DNA from: Acidobacteriota bacterium
Lineage (GTDB): Bacteria; Acidobacteriota; Blastocatellia; Pyrinomonadales; Pyrinomonadaceae
Direction: 5' to 3'
DNA: 64,000 bases
Assembly: GCA_020199995.1 (NCBI GenBank)
Contig: JAIVJM010000016.1
Span: 10,932 to 74,931, forward strand
Below, in pieces: positions 9,077 through 21,200 of the stretch. The notes under the pieces are model-generated. The model worked only from the letters and a program-made list of their open reading frames with translations. It did not search any database and had not been told where the DNA came from. Position 1 is the stretch's first letter. Each line of letters begins with the position of its first letter. The position numbers and the translations under genes were made by a program.

Positions 9077-9672
9077 GGCGAAGTGTGCTCGCCGCTTTAA
9101 TTGCACTCGTCGTGCTGGCTGGCGGCGCGGCCTTCTATTACTTCCGGCATCGCACCCAGCAGCCTTTAGCTCGCCCGCTTGCGGGCAGAGAACAGGACAT
9201 ACAATCGTCGAGGGTGGCCGCCGTCCGCGAGACCCCTTTGCCGAATTTGCTGCAACAGCCAGGGCTGGTCAGCCGACGCTTCGCCCCCATGCGCCTCTAT
9301 GTGTCGGTCGCCCCCGAAATCGCAATCAAAAGGACGGACGGCGGCGCGGATTCGTCGAAGGATGAGATACTCGACATAGTGCCGATTCTCATCGTGTTGG
9401 AGAACGACAGCTATCAGGAAGTGGACGCCAGACGAGACCTCAAACTCGAAGGCGAAGAGTTATTCAACGTCTTCGTCACACACTCCGCTTCAGGGATTGT
9501 GTTCCGCCACAGTGAGCCCGCCGTGGAAACAGTCTGGGGGCCTGCCGAGAGGAAAACTTTCAAAGTACCCTGGCAGCCCACGATTGAGTCTTTGCCCGGC
9601 GAGTGCGTCATCTCCATGCGGCTCGCCTTCGGCGGTTCCGACGAAGTACAAATTCGCACCCGCCTGAAGTAA
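9073..9672 (+). CDS. Hypothetical membrane-anchored protein, translationally coupled to the preceding ORF
   Basis: It makes an ATGA start/stop overlap with 7544..9076. There is one N-terminal TM helix (VLAALIALVVLAGGAAFYYF). I recognise no family. Confidence 0.55.
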   Translation: MRRSVLAALIALVVLAGGAAFYYFRHRTQQPLARPLAGREQDIQSSRVAAVRETPLPNLLQQPGLVSRRFAPMRLYVSVAPEIAIKRTDGGADSSKDEILDIVPILIVLENDSYQEVDARRDLKLEGEELFNVFVTHSASGIVFRHSEPAVETVWGPAERKTFKVPWQPTIESLPGECVISMRLAFGGSDEVQIRTRLK

Positions 9673-9700
9673 ACAGTTAAGACGGCTGACCATGCCTGAC

Positions 9701-9747
9701 TCCTTACTGCTTACTCCTTACTGATCACTGCTTACTGCTCACTCTCC
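9701..9747. repeat. Heptamer-repeat array (CTYACTG); right arm complementary to 7216-7249
   Basis: The sequence tccttactgcttactccttactgatcactgcttactgctcactctcc is the reverse complement of the CAGTRAG words. Confidence 0.75.
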
Positions 9748-9828
9748 AATGCTGTCCCGCGCGGGCTGATTGGTGATATAAAAGCCGGGCCGATTTTCCA
9801 ACTCCCAGACACGAAGCGCGAAAGTTCA

Positions 9829-11654
<1,826 letters not shown>

Positions 11655-11669
11655 CTTCCGGAGTTACTG

Positions 11670-12116
11670 ATGCCGACGTGGGTGAAAGTCCTTCTCATCG
11701 CATGCGCGCTCCTCGTGCTGCTCACGCTGGCCGCCGCGGGTGCGGGCGTCTATCTGTGGCGGCAGCACGGGCGCGGGTTCGTCGAGAACACGCGGAAGAC
11801 CGGCGCGGAAGGGCAGGAGTACGGCAGGCATACGGACGCGCAAGGCTGCCTCGACGAAGCGCTCGCGCGCCACACGCGCGCCGGGGGGTTCGGCGAGATA
11901 GTCCGCACCAATATCTTCCTGCGGACGTGTCTCGACGCGAGCAGCCCCTCGCCCGGCTTCTGCGACGATGTGCCCCGCCAGTTCGAATTCATCAGGAGCG
12001 CGCAGTGGCAGCAGCAGCAATGCCAGAAGCACGGCCTCTCGCCTGAGAAGCAGTGCGGCCAGCTCTTCGCGCAGGTGCAGCAATACTGCGAGGCCCGCCG
12101 GCCCGGACAGAAATAG
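11670..12116 (+). CDS. Hypothetical membrane-anchored Cys-containing protein
   Basis: ATG 11670 (MPTWVKVLLIACALLVLLTLAAAGAGVYLW) lies just after the hairpin. The track start at 11598 reads through the hairpin and is rejected. Confidence 0.5.
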   Translation: MPTWVKVLLIACALLVLLTLAAAGAGVYLWRQHGRGFVENTRKTGAEGQEYGRHTDAQGCLDEALARHTRAGGFGEIVRTNIFLRTCLDASSPSPGFCDDVPRQFEFIRSAQWQQQQCQKHGLSPEKQCGQLFAQVQQYCEARRPGQK

Positions 12117-12142
12117 ACACACGCCGAGCGCAAGGTCACATC

Positions 12143-14644
12143 ATGAATCATCGTCTCCGCCCTCGACACGTCTTAATTCTCGTCAACATCGCTGTTTTTT
12201 TCTCTCTCTTCATCGCTCACTCCGAGGCGCGGGCCGCGTGGCGGGCGGGCGGCGACGTCAAGACCGTCGAGCGGCAGACGGACGGCGTGGTGCTCACGCT
12301 GACGAGCGGCGCGCGCGTCTCGGTCACTTTTCATGACCTCGAAACCGTGCGCGTGCGCTTCTCGCCGCGCGGCACGTTCGAGCGCGACTTTTCTTACGCC
12401 GTCGAGTCGAAAGACCGCCAGACCGTGCGCGCCACGGTGCGCGAAACCTTCAAGGATTCCATCGGCATCAACGCCTTCGGCGGCGCGAGCGTCGTCATCA
12501 ACCGCCGCCCTTTTCTCATCAAGGTGCTCGACGCCGACGGTCGCGTCGTCGTCGAAGACGACCCCGCGCGCCCCATTTCTTTCGACCCCGAGACGGGCGC
12601 GGTCGAGGCGTCGAAGCGGCGCGTCGAGTGGGAGACCTACTACGGCTTTGGCGAGAAGGCGATGCCGGTGTCGCGCCACACGCAGCACATGGTGATGTGG
12701 AACACGGACACCTACGGCTACCCGCGCGGCCTCGACCCCATCTATCAATCAATCGGCTTCTTCATCGCACTCCGCAAGGAACGTGATGCCGGGCTCGCCT
12801 ACGGACTCTTTCTCGACAACACGACGCGCACCTACTTCGACATGGGGAAGACGCGGCCCGAGAGCTACACGTTCGGCGCGGCGGGCGGCGAGCTGAACTA
12901 CTACGTCTTTACGGGGGGCCGTGGGCGGTCGCCCAAGCGTGTGCTCGGCGACTACACGGACTTGACGGGGCGCACGCCGCTCCCGCCCGCGTGGGCGCTC
13001 GGCAATCAGCAGTCGCGCTGGTCTTACTACCCGGAGGCGCGCGTCCGCGAGGTCGTCCGCAAATTCCGCGAGACGCGCACGCCGCTCGACGTCATCTACC
13101 TCGACATTGACTACATGGACGGCTTCCGCGTCTTCACTTGGGACAAGACGCGCTTCCCCGACCCCTCGAAGATGATCTCTGATTTTCGCGCCGAGGGCGT
13201 CCGCACCGTCGTCATCATTGACCCCGGCGTGAAGGTTGACGAGAACTATGCCGTCTACAATGAAGGACGCGCCGGGGGCTTTTTTACCAAGACGGCGAGC
13301 GGCGAAGAGCTGCACGAGAGCGTCTGGCCGGGCGTCTGCGCCTTCCCCGATTTCACCTCCGCAGCGGCGCGCGAGTGGTTCGGCTCGCTCTACCGCAAGC
13401 ATCTCGACGAGGGCATCGCCGGATTCTGGAACGACATGAACGAGCCCGGCGTCTTCCTCTCCGACCGGACGCCGAAGCCCGACACTTATCACCATCCGAA
13501 CAAGACCTTCCCGCTCACGGCGCGCCACGCGGGCGACGGCGAACCGGGCACGCACGCGCGCTACCACAACGTCTACGGGATGCAGATGGCGCGCTCGACT
13601 TTTGAAGGATTGAAAAAACTTCGCCCCGACGAGCGCCCCTTCGTTTTGACGCGCGCGGGCTACGCGGGTGTCCAGCGATTCTCTGCCGTCTGGACGGGCG
13701 ACAACGTCGCCTCGTGGGATCACCTGCGGCTTTCGATACCGATGCTCACGAACCTCGGCGTCTCGGGCGTGGCGCTCGTCGGCGCGGACGTGGGCGGCTT
13801 CTCCGGCGACCCCTCGCCCGAACTCTACGCGCGCTGGTTGCAGGCCGCCGCGCTCACGCCCTTCCTCCGCTCGCACTCCGAGTCCGGGTCGAAGCCCCAC
13901 GAGCCTTACTCCTTCGACCCCGAGTTCGTGGCCGTCAACCGCGCCTCAGTCGAGCTGCGATACCGTCTGCTCCCGTACCTCTACACGCTCTTTTACGAGC
14001 ACACCGAAACCGGCGCGCCCGTCATGCGCCCGCTCTGGTTCGAGTACCCTGCGGACGACCGCACCTATCTCGTCGAAGATCAGTACCTCGTGGGCCGCGA
14101 CCTGCTCGTCGCGCCCGTCCTGACCGAAGGCGCGACGAAGCGGCGCGTCTACTTCCCGCGCGGCGACATATGGGTGGACTGGTGGACGGGCAAGCGTTAC
14201 GAAGGCGGCAAGGACTTTGAGATTGACGCGCCCTTGAATCGCCTGCCGCTCTTCGCTCGCGCGGGCGCGACGATCCCCGTGCAGCCCGTCGTCCAGCACA
14301 CGGGCGAGATGGCGCGCGCACCCCTGACGCTGACAGTGGTCTCGGGCGCGAACAATGTCAGCCGCGTCTACGAGGACGCGGGCGACGGCTACGACTACCA
14401 GCGCGGCGCTTCGCGAACTCTGACCGCGACCGTCGAAGGCAACACCCTGCGCCTCGCGCGGGCGGGCGCGTACAACGTCTCGCGCCCCGTCGCGGCGGTC
14501 GAATTCCTCGGCGTCGCCGCCGCCCCGCGCGAAGTGCGTGCCGGCGGACGCGCCGTCTCGAACACGACTTTCGACACCGCCACGGGCCGCATCACCGTGC
14601 CGCTCCCGCCGGAGGGCGCGGAAGAAATTTTGCTTGTCCCGTAA
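12143..14644 (+). CDS. Glycoside hydrolase family 31 alpha-glucosidase
   Basis: GH31 catalytic context GFWNDMNEPGVF and GADVGGF. Signal/TM at MNHRLRPRHVLILVNIAVFFSLFIA. Start is ATG 12143. Confidence 0.85.
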   Translation: MNHRLRPRHVLILVNIAVFFSLFIAHSEARAAWRAGGDVKTVERQTDGVVLTLTSGARVSVTFHDLETVRVRFSPRGTFERDFSYAVESKDRQTVRATVRETFKDSIGINAFGGASVVINRRPFLIKVLDADGRVVVEDDPARPISFDPETGAVEASKRRVEWETYYGFGEKAMPVSRHTQHMVMWNTDTYGYPRGLDPIYQSIGFFIALRKERDAGLAYGLFLDNTTRTYFDMGKTRPESYTFGAAGGELNYYVFTGGRGRSPKRVLGDYTDLTGRTPLPPAWALGNQQSRWSYYPEARVREVVRKFRETRTPLDVIYLDIDYMDGFRVFTWDKTRFPDPSKMISDFRAEGVRTVVIIDPGVKVDENYAVYNEGRAGGFFTKTASGEELHESVWPGVCAFPDFTSAAAREWFGSLYRKHLDEGIAGFWNDMNEPGVFLSDRTPKPDTYHHPNKTFPLTARHAGDGEPGTHARYHNVYGMQMARSTFEGLKKLRPDERPFVLTRAGYAGVQRFSAVWTGDNVASWDHLRLSIPMLTNLGVSGVALVGADVGGFSGDPSPELYARWLQAAALTPFLRSHSESGSKPHEPYSFDPEFVAVNRASVELRYRLLPYLYTLFYEHTETGAPVMRPLWFEYPADDRTYLVEDQYLVGRDLLVAPVLTEGATKRRVYFPRGDIWVDWWTGKRYEGGKDFEIDAPLNRLPLFARAGATIPVQPVVQHTGEMARAPLTLTVVSGANNVSRVYEDAGDGYDYQRGASRTLTATVEGNTLRLARAGAYNVSRPVAAVEFLGVAAAPREVRAGGRAVSNTTFDTATGRITVPLPPEGAEEILLVP

Positions 14645-14697
14645 ACCCGGCTTGACCTGCCGGAGCCGCGACTCGCAAGGTCTTTTCATTGTCAGGA

Positions 14698-14856
14698 ATG
14701 AGCCACCGCAGGCACAGAGGGCACAGAGACAATCAAGGAAAGAAAGAGGGATGTGTTAAGGAAGGGTTGAATGATTCAACTCTCTATTAACACATCCCTC
14801 TTTACCTTTCTTCGTCCTGTCTTTCTCTCTGTGCCTGCGGTGTCTCTGTGGCTCAT
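14698..14856. repeat. Long imperfect inverted repeat (arms about 60-65 nt) with a central palindrome
   Basis: The left arm atgagccaccgcaggcacagagggcacagagac...gagggatgtgttaa pairs with ttaacacatccctc...gtctctgtggctcat. The centre contains TTGAATGATTCAA. Confidence 0.75.
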
Positions 14857-15091
14857 CTTTATCCTTGAGAATGAATAGACCCTGCCCGACCCGGAATTTT
14901 CCTTGCCAAAAACGCCGCTCCGTCTTATGCTTGCCGCAATCGCCGGAAGCGAAGGTGGTAACCATGATAAGCATGAAACTCTTCAGACTCGCCTAACTCG
15001 ACCGCAAACGGCCTCTCCGTTTCGTCTCTCATTTCCAAACATTGGAAAGCGGTTATCCGACCAGCAAATGGTCGGAAAGGTGTGTGGGTTA

Positions 15092-15994
<903 letters not shown>

Positions 15995-15996
15995 TA

Positions 15997-16773
15997 ATGG
16001 AACATACACTCAGGCAGACGTGGGCGTTCGTCTTCCGCGACATCAACCTGTCGCGGAGGTACATGTCCTGGATCGTCGTCTTCACCTTCTACGCGATGGT
16101 GAACACGGCGACCATCGCGCTCATCGGCGTGGCGCTCGGAGACCGCCGTTTGACGCTCATGCTCATCCTCGGCGCGCTCTTGTGGAACTTCCTCTCAGTG
16201 CTCTTCAGCGAGATCGCCAACTCGATCACTTACGAGCGTTGGGAGGGGACGCTCGAATATACGTTCATGGCCCCCGTCTCGCGGCTCACGCATCTGGCGG
16301 GCGTGAGCATCTACGTCACGCTCTACAGCATCGTGCGCACAATCGTCATCACGGCGGGCGTGACGCTCTTCGTGGACTTCGACCTCTCGCAAGCGAACCT
16401 CACGGGGCTCTTCGTCGTGCTGCTGGTCAGTAGCCTCGCCTTCATCGGCCTCGGACTGATGGCGGCGGCGCTGCCCGTCATGAGCCCGGAGCGCGGCGCG
16501 GAGGCGACGAACATCTTTCAGGGAGTCCTGCTGCTCGTCTCCGGCGTCTACTACCCCATCGAGGTTTTGCCCGCATGGCTCCAGCCGCTCGCCTACATCT
16601 CGCCCGCGACCTATGCGCTCTCGGCGAGCCGCAAGCTGATCGGCATCGGCGCGAGCGCCTCAGACCCCGCGCAAGGGGTGGGCGTCCCGCTCTCGGCGGT
16701 CACGCACGAGCTGCTCGTCGGCATCGTCGAGCGCTGGGCCAAGCGCACAGGCAAGCTGAAGCGGACTGGGTGA
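15997..16773 (+). CDS. ABC-2 type transporter permease
   Basis: 258 aa with about 6 hydrophobic helices. It starts 2 nt after the ATPase stop. Confidence 0.75.
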   Translation: MEHTLRQTWAFVFRDINLSRRYMSWIVVFTFYAMVNTATIALIGVALGDRRLTLMLILGALLWNFLSVLFSEIANSITYERWEGTLEYTFMAPVSRLTHLAGVSIYVTLYSIVRTIVITAGVTLFVDFDLSQANLTGLFVVLLVSSLAFIGLGLMAAALPVMSPERGAEATNIFQGVLLLVSGVYYPIEVLPAWLQPLAYISPATYALSASRKLIGIGASASDPAQGVGVPLSAVTHELLVGIVERWAKRTGKLKRTG

Positions 16774-16780
16774 GAGGACG

Positions 16781-16860
16781 AACACAGTACCGCGAGCGGT
16801 AGCGAGTGGGTTCGGGTGTGGATAAGCTCAACCCGCTCGCTACCGCTCGCGGTACTGTTT
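16781..16860. terminator. Bidirectional hairpin between convergent genes; T-run on the plus strand
   Basis: aacacagtaccgcgagcggtagcgagtgggtt pairs with aacccgctcgctaccgctcgcggtactgtt and is followed by TTTTT. The arms show 7-nt periodicity. Confidence 0.7.
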
Positions 16861-17316
16861 TTATTGGAAGGCTTGCATTACCTCGTCGGCGTGCTGCTCG
16901 ACGTTGACCTTGTCGAAGACTTTCTTAATCCTCCCTTCCTCGTCGATGAGGAAGGTCTTGCGCGCCACGCCCATGTAAGTCTTGTCGCCCCAACGCTGCT
17001 CGCCGTAGACGCCGTAGGCGTCCGAGACGGAATGATCCGTATCGGAGAGAAGCGTGAAAGGCAGACTGTACTTCGAGGCAAACGCCTGATGCGAGGCCCC
17101 GTCGTCGAGCGAGACGCCGAGCACCTTGATGCCCTTCTCTTCGTAATCGGAAGAGGCGTCGCGGAAAGAGCAAGCCTCTTTGGTGCAGCCCGGCGTGTCG
17201 TCCTTCGGATAAAAATAGAGCACCACTTTCTGGCCGCGAAAGTCGGACAGTTTCACGTCTTGACCTTCTGCGTCGCGCGTCGCGAACTCGGGCGCGGCGT
17301 CTCCCTCTTTGAGCAT
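16861..17316 (-). CDS. bcp: Thiol peroxidase / peroxiredoxin Bcp
   Basis: FYPKDDTPGCTKEAC active-site motif; 151 aa. Confidence 0.9.
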   Translation of the reverse strand: MLKEGDAAPEFATRDAEGQDVKLSDFRGQKVVLYFYPKDDTPGCTKEACSFRDASSDYEEKGIKVLGVSLDDGASHQAFASKYSLPFTLLSDTDHSVSDAYGVYGEQRWGDKTYMGVARKTFLIDEEGRIKKVFDKVNVEQHADEVMQAFQ

Positions 17317-17384
17317 CGTTTGATTCCCCTTCGGCTGAATGTATCTGAGATAGAGCGCAGGTATCTTATACCGAAGTCGCGGGA

Positions 17385-17408
17385 TGAAAAAACGGCGGAA
17401 GCCCGCCG
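17385..17408 (-). terminator. Rho-independent terminator after the phosphatase gene
   Basis: On the minus strand the stem CGGCGG-GCTT-CCGCCG is followed by TTTTTT. It begins 14 nt after the stop at 17422. Confidence 0.7.
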
Positions 17409-17421
17409 GGGTGCTGATTCT

Positions 17422-18246
17422 TTAGCGACTTGAGGTGCTCTCGTCAGCGGGCTTCACGCCTTTGCCGGCGGCTGTCTTGCGGAAAGAGCGGAAGTGTTCG
17501 GGGACGAACGTCGTGATGTGGTACGTGGCGGTGCGCCCGTCGGCGAAGGTCTGGTAGAGGTTGAACTCGGGGAGTTGGAGGCAGCTGAGCGCCGAGGCGG
17601 GGCCGTAGCCGGTGTCAATGCCGATGGCGTCGTGCGAGACGTAGATGCCGTGTCGTCCGAGGCGACCGAGCAGGGGCAGGAGCGGCGTCGGCGTGTGACC
17701 AAAGATGCAGGGCTTGCCGCGGTAGTGCTTGAAAAAATCCGGGTTGCGCGACCAGAGGAGGTGTCGCTCGTCAGTCTCGCTCGGATGTTTGCTGCCGTCG
17801 AGGCCGGCGTGGACATAGAAGGCGTAGGCGTCCTCGTGATAGAGCGGGAGGCCGCGGAAGAAGTCGAGGTGCTCGACGGGCACCGCGTCGCGGACGCAGC
17901 GCCGCGCCTCCTCCCACCACGAGCGCAGCTCTTCGGTCAGCTCGCCCCCAGTGTAGCCGCCGAAGGTCGTGTCGCTCCCGACCGCCGGGTGGAGCCAGAG
18001 GACGGCCCCTTCGTCGAGGAAGTCCAGAAGCATCTGCTCGTGGTTGCCGCGCAGGACGACGACGTTCGAGCCCCCCGCCTTGAGCGCCATCACATCGGCG
18101 ACCGTGCCGGGCACGTCCTCGCCGCGGTCAATGAGGTCACCGAGCAGAACGAGCATGTCCCGCGCGCCGTCGCGCGGCAGCATTTCGATCAGTTGACTTA
18201 GTTGCGCACGCCGCCCGTGCACGTCGCCGATGACGAAGGTGCTCAT
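17422..18246 (-). CDS. Metallophosphoesterase / PPP-family Ser-Thr protein phosphatase
   Basis: GDVHG, GDLIDRG and GNHE motifs. ATG 18246 is preceded by GGAGGA. It lies 41 nt downstream of the kinase stop. Confidence 0.85.
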   Translation of the reverse strand: MSTFVIGDVHGRRAQLSQLIEMLPRDGARDMLVLLGDLIDRGEDVPGTVADVMALKAGGSNVVVLRGNHEQMLLDFLDEGAVLWLHPAVGSDTTFGGYTGGELTEELRSWWEEARRCVRDAVPVEHLDFFRGLPLYHEDAYAFYVHAGLDGSKHPSETDERHLLWSRNPDFFKHYRGKPCIFGHTPTPLLPLLGRLGRHGIYVSHDAIGIDTGYGPASALSCLQLPEFNLYQTFADGRTATYHITTFVPEHFRSFRKTAAGKGVKPADESTSSR

Positions 18247-18287
18247 ACTCGGCAGTCCTCCCGTCCGGCCAAACGCCCCGGCCCACT

Positions 18288-21200
18288 TCAAGGCCCGAGG
18301 CGTCGCATCAGCTCGCCGAAGCGCGGGTCTTCGCGCAAAGGTTCCCAGTTCGGGTCTGACTCGAACCAGGGACGGTTTTCGTTCCCCAGTGTGATGGCAC
18401 GTCCCAGCCACTCGAAGGCCGTGTCGCGCTCGCCGAGCATGGCGTGCGCCGTCGCCAGCCAGTAGGCGACGTCGTGGTCGGCGTCAGCCGCCTCGCGCGC
18501 GCTCTTCCCCAGCTCGGCGCGGGCCGCCCCCTCGTCGCCCCCCTTGATCAGGAACTGCGCCAGCAGCGGTCGGACGGCATCCATGCGCGGGTGGCGCTCC
18601 ACAACTTCGCGCATGATACGGATGGCCGCCTCCGGCTCGCCACGACGCGCCAGCACGACGGCGCGGAAGGTCTTGACCAGAGGGTGCGCGGGCTCTGCCG
18701 CCGCGCCGAGGTCGAGCTCGGCGAGCGCGTCGTCGTAGCGCCGCTGGTACATGAAAATCCGCGCGCGGTTATAGCTCACGACGACGCGCTCGGCGGGATT
18801 GATCTTGACCATCCGGGCGAAGGCTTCGAGCGCCTCTTCGTAGCGCCCGTCGAGGCGGGCGAGCGTGGCCGAGACGAACTGCACGCCGACGTCGTTCGGC
18901 GCTTCGCGGCGCAGGCGCGCGACCCATTCGCGCGCCTGCCCCTTCTCGCCGCGCGCGAGGTGGATGAAGACCGTGTGGAGCCGCGCCTCCAGAAGCTTCG
19001 GGTCGAGCGCGAGCGCGCGCTCGAATGAGGCTTCGGCGCGCTCGTAGTCGCCCGCCCCGCCGAAGCCCTTGATGACGCGGTTGGCATAAGCGCCGCCCAG
19101 CGCGCAGTGCGCGAGAGCAAAATTCGGGTCGAGTTCGACGGCGCGCTCGAAATGCTTGATGGCCTCGTCCGAGTCCTCGCGCGCGAGCGTGTGGTAGATG
19201 AAGCGCCCACCCGCGTCGCGCCCGCGCAGGTATTCTTCGTAGGCGTCGGCGCTCGCCGTCGAGCGCGGCGACGAGCCCGCCTCCGTGCGGTCAATCGAGC
19301 TCTGATCCTGCGCCGCGCCTGCGGCCTGCAGCCCCCTCAGCTTCTCCTCTTCGAGGCGTTGCATCAGCGCGCGGAAGCCGGGGTCTTCGCGCAAGTGTTC
19401 CCAGTTCGGGTCGGACTCGAACCACGTCCGGTTCTCGTTGCCGAGGTCAATCGAGCGCCCGAGCCATTCGAGCGCCTCGTCGCGGTCGCCGAGCATGGCG
19501 TAGGTCGTGGCGAGCCAGTAGGCGATGTCGTGGTCGGCGGCGGCGGTCTCGCGGACGCGCTCGGTGAGCTGAGAGAGCGCGCCCACTTCGTCGCCCTGCT
19601 TGATGAGCTGCTGGGCGAGCAGGGGGCGGATGCCGTCCATCGCCGGGTGCTCATCGAGCACTTCGCGGAGGAGGCGCGCGGCCTCCTCGCGGTCGCCGTT
19701 GCGGCCCGTGATGACGGCGCGGAAGGTTTTAATCAGCGGGTGGTCGGGCTCGACCCTCGCGCCCTGATCGAGTTCTAAGAGCGCGTCCGTGAAGCGGTGC
19801 TGGTACATCATCACGCGCGCGCGGTTGTAGCTCGCCACGACGCGCGCCGCAGGGTCCAGACGGCCCAGCTTGTCGAAGGCGCGAAGCGCCCGGTCGTACT
19901 CGCCGTCGAGCCGGTGGAGCGCGCCCTTCACGAAGTAGACCGCCGCTTCGTTCGGGGCTTTCCGCACGAGCCGCGCGACTTCGGCGCGCGCCTTATGCTT
20001 CTCGCCGCGCGAAAGATAAATGAAGACCATCAGCATGCGTGCTTCGACGAGGTCGGGATCGAGTTCGAGCGCGCGGTTGAAGGCGTTCTCCGCCAGCTCG
20101 TAGTCCTCTACCCCGCCGAGCCCTTTGAGCACGCGGTTGGCGAAGCACGCGCCGAGGCCGCTGTAGGCCAAGGCGAAAGTCGAGTCGAGCTGGATGGCAC
20201 GCTGGAAGTGCTCGACGGCGCGGTCGCAGTCCGAGGGGTCGAGCGTGTGGAAGAGGAAGCGCGCGAAGTGGTCGCGCCCGCGCAGGTACTCCTCGTAGGC
20301 GGGCGCGCTCTGCGTGGCGGGGGCGGGCGCGTCCGCTTCGGTGGCGGCCCGCACGTCAACATTTAAGCCGCGCGCGATGCGCTGCGCGATGGTGTCCTGA
20401 AGCGCGATGATGTCTTCGGCGGACGCATCAATGCGGTCGCTCCAGAGGATGTCGCCCGTCTCGACCTCGATGAGCTGCGCGTTGACTCTGAGGTGGTCTC
20501 CGGCGCGCAGGAAGCTCGCCGAGAGCACCGCGCTCACGCCCAGCTCACGCCCCGCCTCGACGGGGTCAACCTGTATCCCCTGATATTTCGCGATGACTGA
20601 GGAGGAGCGCACGACGAGCGAGCGCACGCGCGCCAGCTCCGTAATCACCGCGTCGGCGAGCGAGAACTCGTAGAAGCCCGCCTCCGCGTCGTTGCTTAGA
20701 TTCCGGAAGGGCAGGATGGCGATGGACTTCTGCGTCTCGAACTGGCTGACGTGCGGCGACGCGGCGGCGGAGCCGCCGCCCGGCGCGCGCGGCGTCGAGG
20801 CGGAAGCTGATGCGGGCGACGCGGCGGTCGAGCGAATCATCCCCGGCGGGATGGAGGTCGGCTGCGTCTCGGCCCCCTTCAGGCTGCGCCACCAGCGCCG
20901 GAAGTTGCGCCCGACGCCCCCACCGCCCCGCTGGTGTCTGGGGGTCGAGAGCGGGACGATCTCGCCGGGCAGACCCGTTGTCTCGACGCCGGCTCCACCG
21001 CCTGAGGCCGACGCGGCCTCGCGCATCGCGGCGCGCAGGTCGTCGCGCAGCTCCGACATTCTCTGATAACGCGCTTCGGGGTTCTTCGCCAGCGCGCGGT
21101 CAATGATCTCTTGCAGGCGCGGCGGCGGGTTGTCGTCGCGCGCCTCGCTGATGGGCTGCGGCGTGTCATGGAGGACGGCGTAGCGTACCTCAACGCTCGT

